DNA from: a virus
Lineage: Duplodnaviria > Heunggongvirae > Uroviricota > Caudoviricetes
Virus record (IMG/VR): IMGVR_UViG_2695420485_000005
Length of the DNA stretch: 5,936 nucleotides
Direction: 5' to 3' (one strand)
Each line of letters starts with the position of its first letter. The stretch's first letter is position 1. The position numbers and the translations under genes are program-made. The notes below the pieces were generated by a model. That model saw nothing but the letters and a program-made list of their open reading frames with translations. It was not told where the DNA came from and did not search any database. Below are positions 1-5,256 of the stretch, one piece after another.

Positions 1-34
1 CCTGGCACGGCTGGGACGGAAGTCGCTGTCGTTC

Positions 35-208
35 TCAAAATCGGTGGAGCTGCATGACAAAGTCATCGGGCATTATCTGAACATAAAACACTATCAATAA
101 GTTGGAGTCATTACCCACCCAGGCAAACTCTTTTAATTCATCGTCTTCTGTAAACTGGCTTTTGTCTTTTGACCACCAGTTTTCAAACTGTCGGTAGCTA
201 TCGTTCAC
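35..208 (-). CDS. Hypothetical small protein downstream of ren (about 57 aa from GTG at 206-208; the maximal ORF 35..223 would start at TTG)
   Basis: ORF track 35..223 (-). The first codon is TTG (rc of 221-223) and abuts the terminator T-tract, so I prefer the in-frame GTG (rc of 206-208), which has a G-rich Shine-Dalgarno-like stretch (GGGGGAG) about 6 nt upstream on the minus strand. I do not recognise the protein; coding status is uncertain. Confidence 0.3.
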
Positions 209-220
209 TTCCCTCTCCCC

Positions 221-253
221 CAAATAAAAAGGCCTGCGATTACCAGCAGGCCT
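221..253 (-). terminator. Rho-independent terminator downstream of ren (tR2-like position)
   Basis: Perfect 8-bp stem AGGCCTGC (230-237) / GCAGGCCT (246-253) with an 8-nt loop. On the minus strand the hairpin is followed by TTTTTATTTG (rc of 221-230). It sits just downstream of the ren stop, where lambda carries tR2. Confidence 0.55.
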
Positions 254-278
254 GTTACAAGCTCAGTGATGTAGATGG

Positions 279-569
279 TCATCTTTTAACTCCATATACC
301 GCCAATACCCGTTTCATCGCTGCACTCTGGCGACACTCCTTAAAAATCAGGTTCGTGCTCACCTTTCCTTCCCGTTCTTCCCTGGTAGCAAACCGGTAAT
401 ACACCGTTCGCCAGACCTTACCTTCGATAACCAGAAGACCTGCCCGTGCCATTTTAGCCGCGGCCTGATTTATGCTGGTTACTGTTGCGCCTGTTAGCGC
501 GGCAACGTCCGGCGCACAGAAGCTATTATGCGTCCCCAGGTAATGAATAATTGCCTCTTTGCCCGTCAT
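279..569 (-). CDS. ren: Ren protein (lambda ren homolog, 96 aa)
   Basis: The 96-aa product MTGKEAIIHYLGTHNSFCAPDVAALTGATV... matches lambda Ren almost residue for residue as I recall it. Its start overlaps the P stop (ATGA overlap at 566-569), as in lambda. Confidence 0.85.
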   Translation of the reverse strand: MTGKEAIIHYLGTHNSFCAPDVAALTGATVTSINQAAAKMARAGLLVIEGKVWRTVYYRFATREEREGKVSTNLIFKECRQSAAMKRVLAVYGVKR

Positions 570-1267
570 ACACTTGCTCCTTTCAGTCCGAACTTAGCTT
601 TAATTTCTGCGATCTTCGCCAGCGCCTGAACATGATTTAGAGGTCTGCCGCCCATGACAGGAAGTTGTTTTACTGGTTCAGGGATCACCTCACCACGATT
701 AATTCTCGCAGTCATATGGACAAGCTCATCTGCGGCCTTGCGCCGTAATTCCGCGTCAGTCAGCGCATTGGCCCGCATGTTCTGGTACAGGTTGGTAACC
801 AGCCAGTAGTGCGCGTTTGATTTCCACGGATAAGACTCTGCATCCGGATACAGGCCACGCTTCCGGCAATACTCGTAAACCATATCAACCAGCTCGCTGA
901 CGTTTGGCAGTCCGGCGATAACGGATGCTTCTTCCCGGCACCATGCAACAAACTGCCCGGGTGATGGAAGAAATGGTCGATTCTGCCGACGGGCTACGCG
1001 CATTCCTGCGTTAACCTGTTCCATTGTGGTGATCCCGTTTTCCCGGAAAGCCAGAACCCACTGGCGGCGGATTTCGTTCAGTTCGTTCTGGTCACGGTTA
1101 GCCAGGCTCGCCGGGAAAGTTGCCAGTAACTGGCTGAACACACCGTTGATGATCTGCGCTACCTGCTGTACCTGCGGCTTTTCGTCGTACTGTTCCGGCA
1201 TGTTGTTGGCGATCCGACGCATCTGCTCACGGTCAAAATTAACCATCTGTGCGGCGATGTTTTTCAT
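566..1267 (-). CDS. P: Replication protein P (DnaB helicase loader), 233 aa
   Basis: The 233-aa product MKNIAAQMVNFDREQMRRIANNMPEQYDEKPQV... has the same length and near-identical sequence to lambda P from memory. Its start overlaps the O stop (ATGA at 1264-1267). Confidence 0.95.
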   Translation of the reverse strand: MKNIAAQMVNFDREQMRRIANNMPEQYDEKPQVQQVAQIINGVFSQLLATFPASLANRDQNELNEIRRQWVLAFRENGITTMEQVNAGMRVARRQNRPFLPSPGQFVAWCREEASVIAGLPNVSELVDMVYEYCRKRGLYPDAESYPWKSNAHYWLVTNLYQNMRANALTDAELRRKAADELVHMTARINRGEVIPEPVKQLPVMGGRPLNHVQALAKIAEIKAKFGLKGASV

Positions 1268-2202
1268 AAATCCACCCCGTAAATCCAGTCAGTGTTTGTC
1301 AGGTCGAGTTTTGGTTTTCCGGCTGTCACGCCTGCCTGTTGCTTGTTACGGTTGATTTCGAGTTGGGTCCACTTGTCGCGGAGTTTGGCCGGACTTAGCA
1401 CGTTACCGGACCAGAAGTTGTCCTGGCATGCCCAGCGGAACAGCACGCACATGTCGCGGTGGTTACGTCCGTCACGTTCACGCATCAGGCGGATATCGTT
1501 AGCCCACCCTGCAAAATTCGGTTTTCTGGCTGATGGTGCGATGGTCTTCACCATGTCAAACATCCACTCTGCGGCGGTCAGGTCTTCTGCTGTTCCCCAC
1601 TTGCTGCCGCTCTGAATTGCAGCATCCGGTTTAACCACAGAAAGATCGTTTTCTGGCTGGTCAGAGGATTCGCCAGAATTCTCGGACGAATAATCTTTTC
1701 TTTTTTCTTTTGTAATAGTGTCTTTTGTGTCCCCCTGTTTTGAGGGATAGCAATCCCCTAATTTGAGGGATGTTTTATCCCTCGTTTTAGGGGATTTTCC
1801 CTCGTTTTGAGGGATGTCCCTCATTTTAGGGGAACCTCCCTCGTTTTGAGGGATGCACCATTCTGAGATGTTTTTATTTGGTCCAAACATGCCGCCTTGC
1901 TGCTTGATAATATTCATTCTGACGAGTTCTAACTTGGCTTCATTGCACCGTTTGACAGGTAACTTTGTAATCTCGCTAAGTTGAGAATCGGTGATTCTGT
2001 CCATTGGTTTATTCCACCCATAGGTTTTACGCAGAATGGCAAGCAGCACTTTAAACTGTCGCTTGGTCAGATCTGCGCCTGAATAAGCCTCAATCAGCAT
2101 ATTTGATAGTCTGGCGTAACCATCATCGAGATCTGCCACATTACGCTCCTGTCCGGCAAAGTTACTTCTGCCGAAGTTGAGTATTTTTGCTGTATTTGTC
2201 AT
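1264..2202 (-). CDS. O: Replication initiator protein O, 312 aa (lambda O is 299 aa); contains the origin iterons
   Basis: Product MTNTAKILNFGR...DWIYGVDL matches lambda O from memory. It carries an in-frame 13-aa tandem duplication in the linker (IPQNEGGSPKMRD / IPQNEGKSPKTRD) that corresponds to extra iterons. The iteron array and AT-rich segment lie inside the ORF as in lambda. Confidence 0.95.
   Translation of the reverse strand: MTNTAKILNFGRSNFAGQERNVADLDDGYARLSNMLIEAYSGADLTKRQFKVLLAILRKTYGWNKPMDRITDSQLSEITKLPVKRCNEAKLELVRMNIIKQQGGMFGPNKNISEWCIPQNEGGSPKMRDIPQNEGKSPKTRDKTSLKLGDCYPSKQGDTKDTITKEKRKDYSSENSGESSDQPENDLSVVKPDAAIQSGSKWGTAEDLTAAEWMFDMVKTIAPSARKPNFAGWANDIRLMRERDGRNHRDMCVLFRWACQDNFWSGNVLSPAKLRDKWTQLEINRNKQQAGVTAGKPKLDLTNTDWIYGVDL
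1684..1730. other. AT-rich DNA-unwinding segment of the replication origin
   Basis: The tract TAATCTTTTCTTTTTTCTTTTGTAATAGTGTCTTTTGTGT lies immediately downstream of the iterons in the O reading direction, the same arrangement as ori-lambda. Confidence 0.7.
1731..1853. repeat. ori iterons: six tandem O-binding repeats (consensus on the O-sense strand TCCCTCAAAACGAGGGA)
   Basis: Six copies at about 20-bp spacing: 1731-1748 CCCCCTGTTTTGAGGGAT, 1754-1770 ATCCCCTAATTTGAGGGA, 1777-1794 TCCCTCGTTTTAGGGGAT, 1798-1815 TCCCTCGTTTTGAGGGAT, 1817-1833 TCCCTCATTTTAGGGGA, 1837-1853 TCCCTCGTTTTGAGGGA. Each is an internally palindromic 17-18mer. Lambda has four. Confidence 0.85.
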
Positions 2203-2205
2203 AAT
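2178..2205 (+). promoter_or_regulatory. Candidate pO promoter for the oop antisense RNA
   Basis: -35-like TTGAGT (2178-2183), 16-bp spacer, -10 CATAAT (2200-2205). The -10 overlaps the O start codon on the opposite strand, as in lambda. Confidence 0.4.
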
Positions 2206-2211
2206 GACTCC

Positions 2212-2291
2212 TGTTGATAGATCCAGTAATGACCTCAGAATTCCATCTTGATTTGTTCAGAACGCTCGGTCTTGCACACCGGGCGTTTTTT
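2212..2291 (+). ncRNA. oop: oop-like antisense RNA (about 80 nt) complementary to the 3' end of cII
   Basis: A candidate promoter sits upstream and a strong intrinsic terminator ends at 2291. The transcript would overlap the last ~57 nt of cII (2235-2291) in antisense. Size and position match lambda oop (77 nt). Confidence 0.55.
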
Positions 2292-2534
2292 ATTGGTGAG
2301 TTCATCAAGCGCATACTTAAAAGCCCTGCTAATCGGACTGATGTCTGATGCCATTCCGAAAGCACACAAGACCGAAGCAATAAATCTCCAGTCCGTTCTG
2401 CTTATCTTCGATTCATGACAGCCAATCATCTTTGCCAGACCGCGCTGGGTAAGCGTTGACAGGTTGATGAGTAAATCAGTTTCAGCGCGATCAATTTCTC
2501 GCTGTGATAGTTTGCTGTAACTTGTTTGTTCCAT
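2235..2534 (-). CDS. cII: cII transcriptional activator (99 aa)
   Basis: The C-terminus ...LTNKKRPVCKTERSEQIKMEF matches the lambda cII C-terminus (TNKKRP..TERSEQIQMEF) from memory, while the N-terminal two thirds diverge. Position between cro and O is canonical. Confidence 0.9.
   Translation of the reverse strand: MEQTSYSKLSQREIDRAETDLLINLSTLTQRGLAKMIGCHESKISRTDWRFIASVLCAFGMASDISPISRAFKYALDELTNKKRPVCKTERSEQIKMEF
2262..2291 (+). terminator. Rho-independent terminator (t_oop)
   Basis: Stem ACGCTCGG (2262-2269) / CCGGGCGT (2279-2286) with one mismatch and a 9-nt loop, followed by TTTTT(T)ATT on the plus strand. It lies inside the cII 3' coding region on the opposite strand. Confidence 0.7.
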
Positions 2535-2550
2535 TTCTTAAGATTTCCAA
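2512..2550 (+). promoter_or_regulatory. Candidate pRE (cII-activated promoter) with a cII-box-like direct repeat
   Basis: TTGC-N6-TTGT (2512-2525; lambda cII site is TTGC-N6-TTGC) within the 5' end of cII on the opposite strand, oriented toward cro and cI as in lambda. The -10 is not clear. Confidence 0.35.
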
Positions 2551-2619
2551 TAGTGAATAGCTAGTTGAAAGGTATGCGTGGAAACGCATATGGCCTTAGT
2601 TGGTCAGATATATTGGGAC

Positions 2620-2665
2620 TCGCTTTGTCAGCGACGTAGGACGAATGTCCATTGTGAAAAGAGCG
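2620..2665 (-). promoter_or_regulatory. nutR: boxA (CGCTCTTTT) plus boxB hairpin (TCGCT-GACAA-AGCGA)
   Basis: On the minus strand, boxA CGCTCTTTT (rc of 2657-2665) begins 7 nt after the cro stop. boxB is a 5-bp stem with a GACAA loop (rc of 2620-2634), separated from boxA by a 22-nt spacer. The same CTACG-N-CGCTGACAAAGCG core recurs upstream of N. Confidence 0.6.
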
Positions 2666-2672
2666 GTGTTAC

Positions 2673-2906
2673 TTATGCAGCCGATGCTCTACGCGATACG
2701 AACACTAGGTTTTCCTTTTTCACAGGTTTATAACCCGTGAAATTACGAGTAGCTTCTTCGATTGCATTCGCTTTATCAGGGGAAGCTCTTCGAAATCCAT
2801 ATGCAATCTGGTCAAGATAGCCAACTGAAGTTTTCGCTAATGCGGCGAGTCGCTTCCATTCCTCACTAGAAGCCTCTTTTCGCCAGCGTAGTAGTTCATT
2901 ACTCAT
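2673..2906 (-). CDS. cro: Cro-like HTH repressor (77 aa), non-lambda
   Basis: Small protein with a helix-turn-helix-like segment (TSVGYLDQIAYGF), first gene leftward of the operator region and divergent from cI. Good SD (GGAGG, rc of 2911-2915) 5 nt before the ATG. Confidence 0.75.
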   Translation of the reverse strand: MSNELLRWRKEASSEEWKRLAALAKTSVGYLDQIAYGFRRASPDKANAIEEATRNFTGYKPVKKENLVFVSRRASAA

Positions 2907-2933
2907 TAGTGCCTCCGTTTATCACACAGAACA

Positions 2934-3003
2934 ACTTTACCATTTTGATAAATAATCCGCAATGTAAATTTATCATATTGCGTATTTATCCATTTGCTAA
3001 ATA
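2934..3003. promoter_or_regulatory. OR operator region with divergent pR / pRM (17-bp TTTAYC-N5-GATAAA-type sites)
   Basis: Between cro and cI. 17-bp near-palindromes: 2936-2952 TTTACCATTTTGATAAA and 2985-3001 TTTATCCATTTGCTAAA, plus a weaker site 2969-2985 TTTATCATATTGCGTAT. Candidate pR on the minus strand: -35 TTGCGG (rc of 2957-2962), 17-bp spacer, -10 TAAAGT (rc of 2934-2939). pRM could not be pinned down. Confidence 0.55.
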
Positions 3004-3019
3004 GAGGGAAAATTGTGAG

Positions 3020-3724
3020 ATGGAAAACAAAGATATTCGCAAATCGAATCTGGCGTTTTTGCTAGATGAGCATAAAAAAATCGCGGGTAACACTAATGCA
3101 AGCTTTGCCGATAAGCTTGGGGTTAGCCCTTCTCAACTCACGCAAGTCTCCGGTGAAAAAAGCACTCGAAACATAGGGGATAAACTAGCAAGAAAATTTG
3201 AAGCCGCGCTTGGGTTACCTAATGGGTGGCTTGATTTGGTACATGATGTAACACCAATTGCATCATGCTCAGATTCTTTAACTTTTGTCGGTCAGGTAAG
3301 AAAAGGGTTAGTGCGCGTGGTTGGTGAGGCAATTCTTGGTGTTGATGGTGCCATCGAGATGACCGAAGAGCGCGATGGGTGGCTCAAAATTTATAGCGAT
3401 GATCCAGATGCCTTTGGTCTTCGTGTGAAAGGAGACAGCATGTGGCCCAGAATAAAATCAGGAGAATATGTACTCATTGAGCCTAACACCAAAGTATTCC
3501 CGGGTGATGAGGTGTTTGTCAGAACCGTTGAAGGACACAACATGATTAAGGTTCTTGGCTATGACAGAGATGGAGAATACCAATTTACAAGCATTAACCA
3601 GGATCACAGGCCTATAACGTTGCCTTATCATCAAGTAGCAAAGGTGGAGTATGTAGCTGGTATTCTGAAGCAATCTCGCCATCTGGATGACATCGAGGCA
3701 AGGGAGTGGCTGAAAAGTTCGTGA
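3020..3724 (+). CDS. cI: cI-type prophage repressor (234 aa): N-terminal HTH plus C-terminal LexA-like S24 autopeptidase domain
   Basis: N-terminus has an HTH-like segment (SFADKLGVSPSQLTQVSG). C-terminal domain has the Ser/Lys dyad context typical of LexA/cI (GDSMWP ... NMIKVL). Divergent from cro across the operators; SD AGAGGGA upstream. Confidence 0.9.
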   Translation: MENKDIRKSNLAFLLDEHKKIAGNTNASFADKLGVSPSQLTQVSGEKSTRNIGDKLARKFEAALGLPNGWLDLVHDVTPIASCSDSLTFVGQVRKGLVRVVGEAILGVDGAIEMTEERDGWLKIYSDDPDAFGLRVKGDSMWPRIKSGEYVLIEPNTKVFPGDEVFVRTVEGHNMIKVLGYDRDGEYQFTSINQDHRPITLPYHQVAKVEYVAGILKQSRHLDDIEAREWLKSS

Positions 3725-3784
3725 CTTCATCGTCACATAGCTGGTAACCAGTGGCCAGAAGAAACGTTTGGGTGAGGAGGATAG

Positions 3785-4126
3785 ATGGCGTTCACTGACC
3801 TTGAATATCAAGCGGTCAAAAAAGAAGTTCACCAATTCATTGAAAGCATAAGGCCGCCTGAACATATCCGCAATGAACTGGATATTGTTTATAGCATCAA
3901 TGACCAAACGATAGATATCGGCGAACAGCGCCCCGTGTGGCAGGGCAACCCAGGTGAAACAAACATCCTGCCATCAGCAAGAATCAAGTACATACGTTCT
4001 CTGGATAGATGGAAAATCTATTGGATGCGGAAGGATATGAAATGGCATCAGTACAGTACTGAACTTTCGCTGACTGATGCGCTTGAGCTTGTGCGTGCTG
4101 ACCCGGATTGCTGCTTCTTCGGATGA
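3785..4126 (+). CDS. Hypothetical protein (113 aa), first gene of the cargo cassette downstream of cI
   Basis: SD GAGGAGG (3774-3780) 4 nt upstream of the ATG. Same strand as cI, 60 bp after the cI stop. No motif I can assign; ends in ...DPDCCFFG. Confidence 0.6.
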   Translation: MAFTDLEYQAVKKEVHQFIESIRPPEHIRNELDIVYSINDQTIDIGEQRPVWQGNPGETNILPSARIKYIRSLDRWKIYWMRKDMKWHQYSTELSLTDALELVRADPDCCFFG

Positions 4127-4196
4127 GTGAAGAGACGTTTGGATGATGGATGATCGCAGAGATGCTCGTAGAGCATACAGCGATGCAGGAGAATTT

Positions 4197-4631
4197 ATGG
4201 CACTTAATTTAGAAAGAATATCTTTTATAACCCCATTTGATAGCAGCGAAGAACCCAACCAACCGACGCTTAATTTTACATGCAATGAATTTCCTGCGCG
4301 GCTATCAATTGATTTCAGGGTTGGTATGATCGGGTTGAAACCAAATTCAAGATATAATTTGGGTATTATGGTAATCCCCGCGCACCTAATTATAAAAAAA
4401 GGTGAGGAAATTCAATTCCCTGACGGCTCTTCGGAATCAGTTTCACTTTTCATCGATACGAAAGATAGCCATTTTGAAACAGGGGTTGGCGGACAGGTAA
4501 TAGTAACATTGAAAGAAATTAGGGTCCCAGCTAAAGGGCTGTATAGTGTTATAGGGATATTGCAAGATAATGAAGACCCTAAAAATGAACTTCATAAAAA
4601 TGAATCATTTTTCACCGTAGAGCTATTATGA
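4197..4631 (+). CDS. Hypothetical protein (145 aa from ATG 4197; maximal ORF from 4143 = 162 aa), AT-rich, translationally coupled to the downstream gene
   Basis: The in-frame ATG at 4197 has a good SD (AGGAG 4187-4191, 5-nt spacer), whereas the ATG at 4143 has none, so I prefer 4197. The stop overlaps the next start (ATGA at 4628-4631). The region is visibly AT-rich compared with the flanking phage genes. Confidence 0.55.
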   Translation: MALNLERISFITPFDSSEEPNQPTLNFTCNEFPARLSIDFRVGMIGLKPNSRYNLGIMVIPAHLIIKKGEEIQFPDGSSESVSLFIDTKDSHFETGVGGQVIVTLKEIRVPAKGLYSVIGILQDNEDPKNELHKNESFFTVELL

Positions 4632-5248
4632 GTGACGACAGTAATTTAAATAATCATGGAAAGCAAGACACCAACATATCTGAAAGCCGGAGGTTGAAGG
4701 TTGTTGGCGGTTCCGATTTTGAGGCTGAATTTGATAATTCTCCCACCAAGGTGCAAAATAATTACATAAAACCGCCACAAACGGAGGAAGAAGTGGGAAC
4801 GATCAGCAGAGAGGAACTTGATGCTCGCTTAGCTGCTAATAAAGCAGAGATGGAGTCTATTGCTTCTTCCATTAGGGCTGACATGGCTCTATCTCGTGAA
4901 AGCGTTAATGTCCAATTTGCATCACTTAATGCAGCCATAAGCTCTCTATCGTCCAAGATCGATGGAAAGATGGATAGCGCTGCTGGCGATATAAAAGCAA
5001 TTAATGGGAGATTCGAAGGAATTCAAGGACAAATAACAGGGGTTAATACCGCAATTAGTGGTGTTCAGTCGGGTATTTCTATACGATTAGCCATTTTTAG
5101 TGTCATTATCGCTGTAATAGTTGCGATTCCCGGGCTGGTATCAGCTTTAAAGTCAGACCACGTACCTTTGCAACAGCCTTCCACTTTGCAAGCGCCGCCA
5201 CAAAATACCCAGCCAACAGACAACAAAAAAATCACTCCCCAGCATTAA
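4628..5248 (+). CDS. Hypothetical tail-anchored membrane protein (206 aa): cytoplasmic coiled-coil/repeat region, single C-terminal TM helix, Pro/Gln-rich tail
   Basis: Hydrophobic stretch LAIFSVIIAVIVAIPGLVSAL near the C-terminus. The preceding region shows an ~11-residue periodicity (GDIKAINGRFE / GIQGQITGVNT / AISGVQSGISI). C-terminal tail is PLQQPSTLQAPPQNTQPTDNKKITPQH. No signal peptide. Confidence 0.6.
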   Translation: MSDDSNLNNHGKQDTNISESRRLKVVGGSDFEAEFDNSPTKVQNNYIKPPQTEEEVGTISREELDARLAANKAEMESIASSIRADMALSRESVNVQFASLNAAISSLSSKIDGKMDSAAGDIKAINGRFEGIQGQITGVNTAISGVQSGISIRLAIFSVIIAVIVAIPGLVSALKSDHVPLQQPSTLQAPPQNTQPTDNKKITPQH

Positions 5249-5256
5249 CGCATTAA

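Noticed and set aside
169-399. ORF 169..399 (+), 76 aa
   Set aside because: It is antisense to ren and spans the tR2-like terminator. No SD and low coding plausibility.
760-1615. ORFs 760..951 (-), 1026..1355 (+) and 1292..1615 (+)
   Set aside because: They are embedded in or antisense to the well-supported P and O genes in other frames, with no independent start or SD evidence. Likely spurious.
1731-1853. Tandem ~20-bp repeats that superficially resemble a CRISPR array
   Set aside because: They lie inside the O coding sequence, each repeat is an internal palindrome matching the lambda ori iteron consensus, and there are no unique spacers between them. They are origin iterons.
2162-2380. 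ORF 2162..2380 (-), 72 aa
   Set aside because: It overlaps cII out of frame and the O start. The region is better explained by cII plus the oop antisense RNA.
3458-3907. ORF 3458..3907 (-), 149 aa
   Set aside because: It is antisense to the cI C-terminal domain and to the start of the 113-aa gene, both of which have far better support.
4143-4196. Upstream ATG (4143) as the start of the second cassette gene
   Set aside because: There is no SD upstream of 4143, whereas the in-frame ATG at 4197 has a well-spaced AGGAG. The longer form cannot be excluded without experimental data.
3974-4285. ORF 3974..4285 (-), 103 aa
   Set aside because: It is antisense to two plus-strand cassette genes that have SD sequences and consistent operon structure.
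4762-4956. ORF 4762..4956 (-), 64 aa
   Set aside because: It is antisense within the 206-aa membrane-protein gene, with no supporting signals.
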